From Chiloscyllium plagiosum (taxonomy: Eukaryota), in NCBI RefSeq assembly GCF_004010195.1, contig NC_057718.1:15369407-15433406 (forward strand): a stretch of DNA of 64,000 nt, written 5' to 3'. How positions within the stretch are numbered: position 1 is the stretch's first letter; each line of letters opens with the position of its first letter. The notes beneath the pieces were generated by a model, which saw only the letters and a program-made list of their open reading frames with translations, was not told the origin of the DNA and ran no database searches. A program made the position numbers and the translations under genes. Shown in pieces: positions 39,045-52,227 of the stretch.

Positions 39045-39790
39045 TCTACTGTCTCATGGAATATGGGAGTCACTAGTCAGCATTTATTGCCCATCCTAAC
39101 TGCTTTTGAGAAGGTGGTGATGAGATGCCGCCTTGAATCATTGTAGTCCATCAACTGTAGGCAGACCCACAGTGCTGTCAGAGAATCCAATGGTTTTGAC
39201 CCAGTGACTGTGAAGGATTGGCAAGACACTTCAAAGGCAGGATGGTGAGTCACTTGGAGGGGAGCTTGCACACGGTGGTGTGCCGGCAAATGGTGGTCCG
39301 CCCATGTATTTACTTCCCTTGTCTTTCTGTATGGCAATAATTATGGGTTGGGAAGGTGCAGTCTCGGGAACTTTGGTGTATTTTTGCAGTGCATTTTGTA
39401 GATGGTACACACTGCCACGACTGAGTGTCAGTGATGGAAGGACTGGATGTTTGTGGATGTGGTACAGTTCAAGCAGGCTGCTTTGGCTTGGATGATGTCA
39501 GGCTTCTTGAGTGTTGCTGCACCAGCACACTCATTCAGGCAAGTGGAGCGTATTCCACCACACTCCTGATTTGTGCCTTGTAATTGGATAGGCTTTGGGA
39601 GTCAGGAGATGAGTTACTCACTTCAGTATTCCTAGTTTTGGACCTGCTCTGGTCAATGTATTTGCAAAGCTGTTCCATTCAGTTTCTGCTCAGTGGATGT
39701 TGATTGTGGATGATTCAGTGTTGGTAACACAATTGAAAGCCAAGAGTTGAGCGTTAGTGTCTATTTTTCGAGATCATTGCATAACAATTG
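39045..39790 (-). mobile_element. 3' part of a second CR1/L2-group LINE family
   Basis: Reverse complement of the element at 61220-62700 (shared YKAQIRSVVEYAP and DIIQAKAACL segments, same 3' tail). Confidence 0.7.
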
Positions 39791-40135
39791 TATATTGTTG
39801 GTCTCCTTTTAAACAAGGTGTCATAAAAATAAGGAAATATTATTATAGTTTATTTTCTAGAATTTAGCCCTCTTTAATTTGCACATAAATTTTCAGATCT
39901 TTCATTACTCTCAGTTTTGCTTCAATTGAGATGTCTGGCTTATTTGCTGTTGGTCTCCAAACCACATGTGGCCAGTTGTATCCACTTAGTTGTGACCACC
40001 TAACTTCTAACGACATGAACAAAATTTAGAAGTACTGACTGAAACTTGAAGACATTTTATAATAAAAGCTCCCTATTCAGTTCAGTTATTTTGATTCCAA
40101 CATTCTTAGATACTATAAAACATTTACCATTGGGT

Positions 40136-40431
40136 ATCATAGAATCCCGACAGTGTGGAAGCAAGCCACTCAGCCCATTGCATCCACTCTGACCCTCTGA
40201 AGAGCATCCCACCCAGACCCATTCTTCTGCTCCCTCCCTGTAACCCTGCATTTCCCATGGCTAATCCACCTAACCTGCACATCTTTGGACTGTGGGAAGA
40301 AACCGGAGCAAACCCATGCAGACAGTGGGAGAATATCTGTGTAGTTTTCACAGTTGCCCAAGGCTGGAATTGAACCTGGATCCCTGGCGTCATGAGGCAA
40401 CAGTGCTGTACACTGAGCCATTGTGCTGCCC
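40136..40431 (-). mobile_element. HE1/V-SINE
   Basis: Minus strand GGGCAGCACAATGGCTCAGTG head, GGTTCAATTCC B-box, V-domain and GGGATTCTATGA tail. Confidence 0.88.
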
Positions 40432-41144
40432 CTTTTTGTTTTGCTCTTTTTACAGATTAGCTCATTTGAACAATCTCGTAGCAGTGACACATTTGTGAGT
40501 AGCCTGTCTATGTGAGGTTACTTTCTCTTATGGGATTAGAGAGAAGTAGGAATCGACATTGCAGCCCCTTGAGCCTGATCTGCCATTCAGTATCATGGTT
40601 GATTATCTACCTCAATGCCGTTTTCCTATGTTATCCCTGTATTCCTTGATGTCATTAGTATTTGGTAAACATTTATATCCCAGCTGATGGAAAAATTGGA
40701 CATTTCAGATCAGAGTGAAGCCTGGCTTGAGAGATGAGAAGTTTTAGTTTTTTTTACAGTTGTTTACTGTGGTGGTTAATCGTTGAAATATTTACACAAG
40801 GCTGCCATGTTCTTAAACACAAAATCATGAGTTCCTTATACATTTTTTAAAAGCCATATATGTAATGTAGCTTACAAAGTAGCCAAAACAAAGTTTCAAT
40901 CTGTTTCCCAGCAAAACCATTCACAGATATTCAGTCCCAGCGAAATATCACTCCTATCCCCTGTTTCCAGTTTTCCTCCTTGGACTGCTTTAGCAATTTC
41001 ACAATTTTCTAGTCTGATAACATAAACATCTTTTTAGTTGTGACAGCTTGCTCATAGCTTAGAATTTCACAAACTAAAACCCATCTGCTCAAATGAAAAC
41101 TGTTTTCCTGAACTGAAGACTGACTTCTGCTAGGAGAAAATTTC

Positions 41145-42030
41145 TCTTCTGACTGGAGGCCTGTGACAGTGGAGTGCCTCGGGTCCGTGCTGGGCCCATT
41201 GCTATTTGTGATCTATATCAATGATTTGGATGAGAATGTACAAGGCATTAGTGAGTTTGCAGATGACACTAAAATAGGTGGCATAGTGGACAGTCAGGAA
41301 GGTTATCAGAGATGCAACAGGACCTTGAACAGCTGGGAAAGTGAGCTGACAATTGACAAATGGAGTTTAATATAGATAAGTGTGAGGGCTTGCATTTTAG
41401 AAAGTCAGGTCGGGATAGGAGTTTCATAGTGAGTGGTAGGGCCTTAAGGAGTGAAGTGAAACAGAGGGACCTTGGAGTTCAGATGTATAGTTCTCGGAAA
41501 GTGGAGTCTCAGGTAGACAGGAAGAAGGCTTTTGGTACCTTGGCCTTCATCAGTCAGGGCATTGAATACAGAAGTTGGGAAGTTATGTTGCAATTGTACA
41601 GGATGTTGGTGAGGCCGAACTTGGAGTATTGTGTTCAATTTTGGTCACCTTGCTCTAGGACGTATGTTATTAAACTGGAAAGAGTGCAGAAGAAATTTAC
41701 AAGGATGTTGCTAAGACGCAAGCATCTGAATTATAGGGAGAGATTGGACAAGCTTGGACCTTTTTCTTTCGAGCGAAGGACACTGATTGGGAATCTTGTG
41801 GAAGTGTATAAGATCATGAGCGATACGGATAGAGTGAGTGCACTCAGTTTTTTTCCCAGGACTGAGGAATAGAGGATAGAGGGGATCAAGTTGAAGGTTC
41901 AGGGGAAAAGTATAAAAGGGAACCTTAAGAGTCACCTTTTTTTTTACACAGTGTGGTATGCATATGGAATGAGCTGATAGCAGAAGTGGTTGAGGAGGAT
42001 ACATTCCAAATATTTAAAAGATATTAGGAC
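41145..42030 (+). mobile_element. CR1 LINE RT/C-terminal fragment
   Basis: GSVLGPLLFVIYINDLD, FADDTKIGG and LVRPNLEYCVQFWSP motifs. Confidence 0.92.
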
Positions 42031-42034
42031 AAAT

Positions 42035-42399
42035 GCACACAACCTTTTACTGCAACTTTTTGACAGGTTCCACCCCTACCCTCTACAGGACAATGTTGGA
42101 GAGATTTAGGGAAGAGAGGTTTAGGGTACACCCCTGTGTAGTACTCCAGGGAAAGTGTCGGGGGCGAGAGAGAGGGCTGGAGGTCAGTCATTTGGAGACG
42201 GTGCCTGGACTGTCCAGGACTGTTCTCGGCAGCATTTCACTGAGGCGAGTTCATTTTTAATCATTGTACCTGTAAACAAAAAATGCGATCAGGGTTGAAA
42301 CAGCTCTTTGACGTAATGTTTCTATCGGGATCTTGAGATCCCCTTTCGATAATACGAAATTCGAATAATCGATATTCGGATAATCTAGCTTCCTGTGTA
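42035..42399. mobile_element. Possible Tigger/pogo-type DNA transposon end
   Basis: TTCGGATAATCTAGCTTCCTGTG followed by TA at 42375-42399, with subterminal CGAATAATCG/CGGATAATC repeats. Resembles a Tigger TIR; the partner TIR was not seen. Confidence 0.4.
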
Positions 42400-43481
42400 T
42401 TTGTGCAACTTCCAAATGACTTTGACCTCTTTTAAAAAGAAAAGTTACCTTCACAGAACTGAAACCAAAGCCCATCTGCTTACTATTTTTAAATTTCAAA
42501 TGTGTTATATCCTTTATCATACTACTGATCTCTACTTTCAAATTAATTCTGTCCAAGCTGGGATTCCACAAACATGTCATCTTTTAGCCACATTTTGTGA
42601 TTTAGTGTTGTCAGGCTTCAGACCAAAATTAGAAGTAATTCTAAAATCTCACGAAATTATAATCATTTTTTAAAATTCAGTCATTTTTCCATACTGCCAA
42701 ATCATGTATCCTGAATCTTGCATAAAGAAGCCTGTTTATTATGTGCCATATTTCCAGGTTTACCAAAGTGTTCAATTGCATGAGTTAGTATTGTGATAAT
42801 TTAGATACAGCACATGTTAAATATATATTGTAATTTGATGCTGGTAAATTAGCACCTAAAAAAAATCAATGAATTGTATGTTAATGACATTTGCTTGATC
42901 TCAGGAGACAGAGACAAAGTGCAATCTGATTAGTTGTATTCTTTTAAGAAATATGAGAAATTATTTAGCTCTGTGGCCTCCTTTATTTCAGGATGATTCA
43001 TTAGAATTTATTTTTCCATTTGAATGTCCTACATATTACTTTAGTATTTAAAATTTTGAACGTTAACTACTAGTTCATGCTAAGTGTTGAGCCTCTTTTT
43101 GACACTAAGTGCTGATCTTGCAATTCGAGCTGAACAGAGCACTGAAATTATTCCATTCAAGACTCATAAAGTACAGTAACATTTATTTTTCATCCAATTC
43201 ATCGTGTTTTTGGTGAGTCTGGTGAATAGGTAATTATCACTAAGTGTATATCAATCGTGATGATCATGTGACTATCTTCCCCCAATCCTGAATGGATAAT
43301 GTATGAAAATCCATTAAAATTTAACATTGCTTATGCCTGCTTACTGAGTGGAACAGAGCCAGGGTTGGCAGATGGGATTTCACTCAGCAATCCAAAGTCG
43401 AAGCATATCAATTTTTAAAGGGCTCTGCAGCAAATATCTTAAATTGTTCATGAAAACCGTATTCCTCTCCTCTGTTATTAG

Positions 43482-44407
43482 GTTTTACAGACCAGCCTAT
43501 AACTACATCAAGAGAGCAAAGTGCAGAATGTGAAGATGCATCATTGGAATTCGTGAAGGACAGGAAAAAAGATTGTCTTGTATCTGTACAGATTGCATTA
43601 GCTGTGGATAAAAGCACTGAGAGAGTCTCTGCAATGTATTATGCTGAATCATCGCTGGACGAACAAGTGGAAGCAGACAGAGCAAAGGGCATGATGCACT
43701 TTGATATTGAGACAGAACATTTGTTCTCTGCAAACACTGAAATGGATAAAAGCTGCTTTCAGTCACATGCTACTATGCCTTGCAAGGACATAGTAACTGG
43801 TGCACAACAAATCGATTCAGAGGGTTTCTCAGAAGCAGGAGTTGTTATACATGCTGGTCCATTATTCCATGCAGAGGAAACTGAAAACCTACATGGTGAT
43901 TTGAAACTTGCTGGCAAAACTACTGAGGAAAATGTGCAAACACAGTTGTTGGAATGTAATAAACCTATCAAATTCATTACAGATGGCCTGGCTGTGTCCA
44001 AACAAAGTAATCATGTATTTCAAGAACATGTTGAAAGTGATTCCAATGATTGTGTAAATAAGGAAACTATGTCCGGTAATTCAGAAGAAAGTATGAGGAT
44101 AGACGACCAAGCAACAAAGCAAAGCCAGACTGATGTTTTGAATGAAATAAATGAATATGAACAAATCTCAGAAAAAGTAGCCTCAAAAGCAGAGGAGGAA
44201 ATTCAGTGCAGTGCGGCACTTAATGAGAATCGGATGTCATACGAAGGTTCAGAGAAATGGGGGGAGGATGAGTATGTTGAAGCATTCTGCAACTCTGTAC
44301 GGGGCATTGTCTCACCTGGTCAGAAAAATGATACTGATGAGTTATTGCAATTGAATGACAGTTCACTTTCTTTGGATGAACTTGCTAAAAGGATACAGAT
44401 AGAAGAG
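43482..44407 (+). CDS. CNST: Consortin large acidic coding exon 8 (926 nt)
   Basis: ttcctctcctctgttattag|GTTTTACAG...GAAGAG|gtaacc. Open reading (ORF track 43544-44467) ending NDSSLSLDELAKRIQIEE, compared with human DESCLSLDDLAKRIEIAE, the start of the conserved consortin C-terminal region. Confidence 0.92.
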
Positions 44408-44604
44408 GTAACCCTTAATTTGAATTTTATTTTTGAGCACTTTATGGTAATGACGTTGTTTTCATAGTTTGTATTCAAATGCGGTCAAAATACAAATGAA
44501 GCGCATTTTCAAACTATCTTTTGTTAATATGCAGGTGAAACAAATGCTGTTCAGTTCTGTTTGTAATTTAAATCTGGTTACTTTGCTTTATACAACAAAT
44601 CTCC

Positions 44605-46161
44605 AGCAAAAAAAAATCCATAGGGGTTTTACAAATATACTAAGGACAAAAGGGTAACTCTGGAGAAAATAGAGCCCCTCAAAGATCAGCAAGGCAGCCT
44701 TTGTGTGGAGCCACAGAAAATGGAGGAGATACTAAATGAATATTTTGCATCAGTATTTACTGTGGAAAAAGATATGGAAGATATAGACTGTAGGGAAATA
44801 GATGGTGACATCTTACAAAATGTCCAGATTACAGAGGAGGAAGTGCTGGATGGCTTGAAACGGTTAAAGGTGGATAAATCCCCANNNNNNNNNNNNNNNN
44901 NNNNNNNNNNNNNNNNNNNNNNNNNNNNNNNNNNNNNNNNNNNNNNNNNNNNNNNNNNNNNNNNNNNNNNNNNNNNNNNNNNNNNNNNNNNNNNNNNNNN
45001 NNNNNNNNNNNNNNNNNNNNNNNNNNNNNNNNNNNNNNNNNNNNNNNNNNNNNNNNNNNNNNNNNNNNNNNNNNNNNNNNNNNNNNNNNNNNNNNNNNNN
45101 NNNNNNNNNNNNNNNNNNNNNNNNNNNNNNNNNNNNNNNNNNNNNNNNNNNNNNNNNNNNNNNNNNNNNNNNNNNNNNNNNNNNNNNNNNNNNNNNNNNN
45201 NNNNNNNNNNNNNNNNNNNNNNNNNNNNNNNNNNNNNNNNNNNNNNNNNNNNNNNNNNNNNNNNNNNNNNNNNNNNNNNNNNNNNNNNNNNNNNNNNNNN
45301 NNNNNNNNNNNNNNNNNNNNNNNNNNNNNNNNNNNNNNNNNNNNNNNNNNNNNNNNNNNNNNNNNNNNNNNNNNNNNNNNNNNNNNNNNNNNNNNNNNNN
45401 NNNNNNNNNNNNNNNNNNNNNNNNNNNNNNNNNNNNNNNNNNNNNNNNNNNNNNNNNNNNNNNNNNNNNNNNNNNNNNNNNNNNNNNNNNNNNNNNNNNN
45501 NNNNNNNNNNNNNNNNNNNNNNNNNNNNNNNNNNNNNNNNNNNNNNNNNNNNNNNNNNNNNNNNNNNNNNNNNNNNNNNNNNNNNNNNNNNNNNNNNNNN
45601 NNNNNNNNNNNNNNNNNNNNNNNNNNNNNNNNNNNNNNNNNNNNNNNNNNNNNNNNNNNNNNNNNNNNNNNNNNNNNNNNNNNNNNNNNNNNNNNNNNNN
45701 NNNNNNNNNNNNNNNNNNNNNNNNNNNNNNNNNNNNNNNNNNNNNNNNNNNNNNNNNNNNNNNNNNNNNNNNNNNNNNNNNNNNNNNAGAGGTTTATAAA
45801 ATTATAAGGAGCATGGATAGGATAAATAGGCAAAGTCTTTTCCCTGGGGTTGGGGAGTCCAGAACTAGAGGGCATAGGTTTAGGGTGAGAGGGGAAAGAT
45901 ATAAAAGAGACCTACTGGGCAACTTTTTCACGCAGAGGAAGGTATGTGGATGGAATGAGCTGCCAGAGGAAGTGGTGGAGGCTGGTACAATTGCAACATT
46001 TAAGAGGCATTTGGATGGGTATATGTATAGGAAGAGTTTGGAGGGATATGGGCCGGGTGCTGGCAGGTGGGACTAGATTGGGTTGGGATATCTGGTCAGT
46101 GTGGACGGGTTGGGCCAAAGGGTCTGTTTCCATGCTTACATCTCTATGACTCGATGACTCT
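44605..46161 (+). mobile_element. Young HER1/CR1 LINE spanning an assembly gap
   Basis: EILNEYFASVFTVE...LKVDKSP before the gap; FFTQR, WNELPEEVVEAG and an (ATGACTC) tail after it. Confidence 0.9.
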
Positions 46162-46204
46162 AAATCCCTCTGTTTAAGAAAGGAGGGAGGCAGAAAACGG
46201 GGAG

Positions 46205-46652
46205 TCCCTGCAGTGCAGATGGACTCCATTCGGCCATCAAGTCTGCACTGACCCTTCCAACAGCAACCCACCCAGATCCATAACTTGCTATTTACTACAG
46301 TTAACTCACCTAGCCTGCACATCCCTGAACACTACGGTGGCTCAGTGGTTAGCACTGCTGCCTCCCAGTGCCAGGCACCCAAGTTCAATTTCAACCTTGG
46401 GTGACTGTCTGTGTGGAGTTTGCGTGTTCTCCCAGTTTCTGTGCGGGTTTTCTCCGGGTGCTCCAGTTTACTCCCACAATCCAAAGATATGCAGGTTAGG
46501 CGAAGTGGCCATGCTAAATTGCCCATAGTGTTCAGGGATGTGTAGGTCAGGTACATTAGTCAGGGGTAAATATAAGGGAGTGGGTTACTCTTGAGAGGGT
46601 TGGTGTAGACTTGTTGGGCCATATGGCCTGTTCCACACTGTAGGGATTCTAT
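46205..46652. mobile_element. HE1/V-SINE on plus (46336-46652) abutting a minus-strand SINE 3' fragment (46205-46335)
   Basis: GGTGGCTCAGTGGTTAGCACTGCTGCCTC head, V-domain and CTGTAGGGATTCTAT tail. Confidence 0.85.
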
Positions 46653-46724
46653 AAATGTGCCAATTAGCTTGACATTTGTTGCGAGAAAGTTGTTGGAATT
46701 GATCAATAAAGGCATTATAGCCGT

Positions 46725-48410
46725 TAAACCACAGGAGTAGAAATTAGTACATTTGGCCCATCGAGTCTGCTCTGCTGTTCGATCATGCCTGATGGGTTTT
46801 TAAACAGTACTTTCTCCCCATAACCTTTGATCACCTTGGCAATCAAGAACTTATCTCTCTGTGCTTTAAATACACTCAATGGCCTGGCCTCCCCCGTTCT
46901 CTATGGAAATGAATTCCACAGATTCACCACTCTCTGGCTAAAGAGGTTTCTCATTGTCTCCATTCTAAAGAGTCTTTCCTTTACTCCAAGACTGTGCCCT
47001 CTGGTCCTCGTCACTCCTGCCAATTGAAACGTCTTTCTAGTGCCCACTCTGTCCAGGCCGTTCAGTATTCTGTATGTTTCAATCAGACCCCCACCCCATC
47101 CTTCTAGACTCCATTGAGTATAGTCCCAGAGTCATCAAATGTTCCTCGTATTTTAAGTCTTTCATCCCTGGGACCACTCTTGTGAGCCGCCTCTGGACCC
47201 ACTCCAGGGCCAGTGCATCCTTCCTAAGGCATGGGGCCCAAAATTGCTCTCAGTCCTCTAAATGTGATCTGACCAGAGCCTTTTCAAGACTCAGAAGTAC
47301 ATCCCTGCTTTTATATTCTCGTCCCCTCAAGATAATTACAAAATTGTATTTGTTTTCGTAATTACCACCTCAATCTGCGAGTTTACCTTAAAAGAATCCT
47401 GGACTGGGACTCCCAAGTCCCTTTGTACTCCAGACTTCTGAATTTTCTCCCCATTTAGAAAATAATCTATGCCTCTATTCTTCCTGCCAAAGTGCATGAC
47501 TTTACACTTTCCCACATTATACTTCATCTACCACTTCTTTACCCCTCTCCTATTCTGTCCAAATCTTTATGAAGCCTCCCTTCCTCCTCAATACTACCTG
47601 TCCCTCCATCTATCTTTGCATCATCTGTAAACATAGCCAGAATGCTCTCAGTTCCTTCATCCAGATCATTAATGTATAAAGTGAAAAATTGTGGTTCCAA
47701 CACTAACTCTTATGGAACACCACTTGTCTCGAGTTGCCATCCTGAGAAAAACCCTTTTGTACCCACTCTGTGCCTTCTGCCAGATGGCCAGTCTTCTATC
47801 CATGTTAGTACCTTGCCTCTGGCACCATGGGCTCTTATCGTACTCAGCAGCCTATTGTGCGGCACCTTGTCAAAGGCCTTCTGGAAATCCAGACAGAGAA
47901 CATCCGTTGGCTTTCCTCGGTCTGACCTGCTTGTTACCTCCTCAAAGAGCTCAGACAGACTTCTTAGGCATAACCTCCCCTTGATGAAACCATGCTGATT
48001 TGGCCCTATTTTACCTTGCGCTTCCAAGTATTCAGAAATCTCATCCTTCAAAATGGGACTCCAAACTTTTACGAACGACTGAGTCAGGCTAATCGGCCTA
48101 TAATTTCCCGTCTTTTGCCTTACTCTTTTAAATAGAGGATTACATTAGTAATTTTCCAGTCCTCTGGGACCCTTCGTGACTCCAGTGATAGCTTAAAGAT
48201 TACTACTAAAGGCTCCACTATTTCTCTTCAGATACGTCCTTCAGAACTGTAGGGTGTACCCCATCTGGTCCAGGCGATTTGTCCACTTCCAGAGATCTTT
48301 CTGTTTTTCTAATATCTTCTCCTTGGTGATGGCCACTGTACTCACTTCTGCCCCCTCAACTGTCTTGAACCTTTGGGATGTTATTTGTGTTTTCCACTGT
48401 GAAGACTGAC
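46725..48410 (-). mobile_element. CR1 LINE, 5'-truncated
   Basis: NQHGFIKGRLCL, LDFQKAFDKVPH and YNVGKCKVMHFGRKN motifs. Confidence 0.92.
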
Positions 48411-49234
48411 ACAATTAGAAGATTGCAAGGTAATTGGGAAAAGTCAGTAGATTTCCAGTAGTAGTAGTAGTACTTGGATATCCAGAAACCAATAAGGTAC
48501 CATATCAAATAGGTCTTGTATTGTGACTACGAGTGACCAGGTTCAAAATTAAACAGGACCTCGAAGTTTAAATCTCAGGATTATTACTTTACCCACATGC
48601 AAATTGGCATAAGGTACATAAAATTAGAGCGATAAATACATGGCTCAAAGACCAGTGTAAGAGAAGTGGGTTCAAATTCGTGAGGCATTTGCACCAGTAC
48701 TGGGTAAATTCAGGGCTATACCATTGGGATGTCGACTCTGTTGGGACAGAAGTTCTTAAAATTGCATATCAGAGAAGTGGAGATGGTATAATCATCACTG
48801 AATCCTACATCATCAACAATCCTAGAGTTATTACTGAATAGAAATTGAAATGAGTAAACCATATGAGTTCTGTTGTTACAAGAGCAGGTCAAAGGATCGG
48901 AATCCTATAGTCTACAACTCCTCAAAGCCTGTTCACGATCTACAAGCTTCAAGTCAGGAGTGTAATGATATACTTCACCCTATTTTCCTGGTTAAGTGAA
49001 GTTCTAATAAAATTCTAAAGACTTTGAGATGTTCTAGGACACAACAGCCTACTGGACTGGCAGCACATCCATGAACATCCAGTCCCGCCACTACTAACGT
49101 GCAGAAGCATGTGTGTGCCATATACAAGATACAATGCAGCAATTCACCAAGGTGCCTTATATAGTACCTTCCAAATCCATTTAAAAGGACAAGTACACCA
49201 GGTACATGGGAATGCCACCATCTGCAAGAAATAA

Positions 49235-49558
49235 GGGGGACACAGTGCTTAGCATTGTTGCCTCACAGCGCCAGGGACCCGAGTTTGATTCCAGCCTTGA
49301 ACCACTGTCAGTGTGCACGTTCTTCCAGCATCTGCATGGGTTTCCTCCAATTGCTCGGTTTTCCTCTCACAAATCCATTGATTTGCAGATTAGCTGGATT
49401 AGCCATGTTAAATGGTCTGTAGTGTTCAGGGATATGCAGGCGAGGTGAGTTAACTGTGGTAAATAGCAGGTTATGGATTGGGTGGGATGCTGTTGGAAGA
49501 GTCAGTGCAGACTTGATGGCCGAATAGCATCCATCTCTGCAGGGATTCTCTGATTCTA
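49235..49558 (+). mobile_element. HE1/V-SINE inside degraded LINE sequence
   Basis: AGCATTGTTGCCTCACAGCGCCAGGGACCCGAGTTTGATTCC head, V-domain and GGGATTCT tail. Confidence 0.8.
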
Positions 49559-50176
49559 TATATTGCAGTTCCTTCAGTGTTGCTGAATCAAAATCCTAGT
49601 ACTCTCCTTCTAATGGTGTTACAGATACACATATACCTATATATATGTACATACATAGATTGTACTTTTCAAGAAAGCAGCTGAACACTAATTTCAGAAG
49701 GCAAACTAGATGGACAGTAAATGCTGGCCCAACCAATGTCATCCATATCCCATGAGTGAATAAATAAAAATTATGGAAATGATCAAACTTAAAAGTATAT
49801 AACTGTGTAAAGTCAGATGATGGGTCAGAATATAAACAATTAAAATGACTAAAAAGTTAATTAGCAAGAAATTAGCATGAGGAAGTTACCTACAAATGTA
49901 AAAATGGATAGCAAAGGTTTCTACAGGTACTTAAATAGGAAAAGAGTAAAATGATTATTAGTCCTCTAGCAAAAGAGCAAGAATAGGGAGTTAATAATAA
50001 ACGATAAGGAAATTGCAGAATAAACAAATATCTTGCACTGTCTTTACTGTAGAGAATAGAAAACAATTTCAATAATTGCTGTAAATCAGGTTGAAGGAAG
50101 TGATATGAAACTGATGGATCTGCAACTGACAAGTCTGTATTCGGATGGACTTCATTTCAAGATCTTAAAAGAAAGA

Positions 50177-50794
50177 TGATTTGGAGATGCCGGTGTTGGA
50201 TTGGGGTGTACAAAGTTAAAAATCACACAACACCAGGTTATAGTCCAACAGGTTTAATTGGAAGCACACTTGCGTTCGGAGCGTTGCTCCTTCATCAGGT
50301 GATAGTGGAGGGCTCAATCCTAAAACACAGAATTTAGAGCAAAAATTTACAGTGTGATGTGTAACTGAAATTATAATTGAAAAAATACCTTGATTGTCTG
50401 TTGAGTCTTTCATCTGTTTGAATACCATGATCGTTTCACTTCTTTCATATGTAAATCACAAAACCTTTTTTGAAAAGTTGGATTCTCATATTGTCTAGCT
50501 ATCACCCATTGTTACAGCTAACCTGAGAATGCAACTTTCAAAAAAGGTTTTGTGATTTACACATGAAATAAGTGAAACTGTCATGGTATTCAAACAGCTG
50601 AAAGACTCAACAGACAATCAAGGTATTTTTCAATGTATAATTTCTGTTAAATCACACTGTAAATTTTTGCTATAAATTCTGTGTTTTAGGATTGAGTCCT
50701 CCAATATCACCTGATGAAGGAGCGACGCTCCGAAAGCTAGAGTGCTTCCAATTAAACCTGTTTGACTATAACCTGCTGTTGTGATTTTTTAATT
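50177..50794. mobile_element. Fold-back PLE-like element, family B
   Basis: Tail, then arms at about 50212-50488 and 50524-50794. Plus-strand hammerhead CTGATGA-A-GGAGC gac GCTCC-GAAA-GCTA at 50711-50739. TSD TTAAAAGAA(A/G)GA at 50165-50176 and 50795-50806. Confidence 0.85.
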
Positions 50795-51936
50795 TTAAAA
50801 GAAGGATAGTACATTCATTTGTGTGAATTTTCCAAACTTCCCTTGATTCAGGAAACCCTTCCGATCAAGAAGAGGGGGGAGGCAGAAAACAGGAAATATG
50901 TAACCATACTGTTTTCTTTGTAAATCTGCAAAGAATGGGTTTTTTATGTTTTTGAGATCTGTTTCTTGATCAAACTTTAAAAATATAAAAAACAGGTACT
51001 AAGTTAGCCTGAAGCAGTGTTTTAGAGCTGTAAAACTGGGCTATTTTCTGGGTCAGTAGATTGTTAAGGTGCTTAGATGGCCCTTAGTAGAGTGATGTGC
51101 TCTTCCTGTCAGATGTGGGAGATTAGGGAAAGTTTCCATGTTACTGATGATCATATCTACCAGAAGTGTTTGATTGCAAATCCTACCAGATTGCATGGAT
51201 TGGTTGGAGCAGCAATTAGAGGCAATGAGGAATTTACAGGAGTCAGGGGGTATAATGATGGCAGTTGCAGGAAGGGAGAAAACCACAGATAGTCAGGAAG
51301 ATGGGTTACCTCCACGAAAGGTAAGAGAGGAAGACAGGTAATGCAGGAGTCTCCTGTGGCTATCCCATCTCAAACAACTATGCTGTTGTGGAAAATGTAG
51401 GGAAGTGAAGGAATCTTTAGGGGAAGGAGCACTGACAGCCAGGTTTCTGATACTGAGACTGGCTCTAATGTAACGAGGGGTACATCAGGCTTTACATGAT
51501 CGATTATGATAGGGGACTCTGTAGTCAGAGGCACAGATAAATGTTTCTGTGGCCAACCGCAAGACATCAGAATATGTGTTGCCTCCCTGGTGCCAGGATC
51601 AAGAGTATCTGAGCAGTAGGTCATTGTACACATTGGAACTAACAACATACGAAGAGAAAACAACGATATTCTGAGGAGAGAATATAGGAAGTCAGGCAGG
51701 AATTCAAAAAGGTAGTCCTTGAGGGTATTAATATCTGGTTTACTCCCGATGCCACGAGGTAGTGAGGGTAGGAATAGGAGGATAGAGTAGATGAATACGT
51801 GGATCAGGAACTGGGATGGGGTGAAGGTTTCACATTTTTGGATCATTAGAATCTCTTCTGGGGTAGAAGTGACCTGTACAAGTACGGATTGCACCTGAAT
51901 TGGAAGGGGACTAATATACTGCAGGGAGATTTTTTT

Positions 51937-52227
51937 TTAGATTAGATTCCCTACAGTATGGAAACAAGTCAATTAGCCCAACAAGTCCACACTGACCCTC
52001 CAAAGAGCAACCCACCCAGACCTATTTCCCTGACTCATGCACTTAACACTATGGGCAATTTAGTATGGCCAGTTCACCTGACCTGCACATCTTTGGATTG
52101 TGAGGGGAAACCGGAGCACCCGGAGAAACTGGAGTACCCAGACACGTGGAGAATGTGCAAACTCCACACAGACAGTTGCCCAAGCTGGTGCTGTGAGGCA
52201 GCAGTGCTAACCACTGAGCAACCGTGC
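51937..52227 (-). mobile_element. HE1/V-SINE inserted in CR1 ORF1
   Basis: Minus strand GGCACGGTTGCTCAGTGGTTAGCACTGCTGCCTCACAG head and (AATCT)n tail. Confidence 0.88.

Noticed and set aside
44705..45875. Long ORFs in the track (also 4452-5741, 4711-5547, 27279-28064)
   Set aside because: Their length comes from N gaps; the real parts are LINE or PLE fragments.
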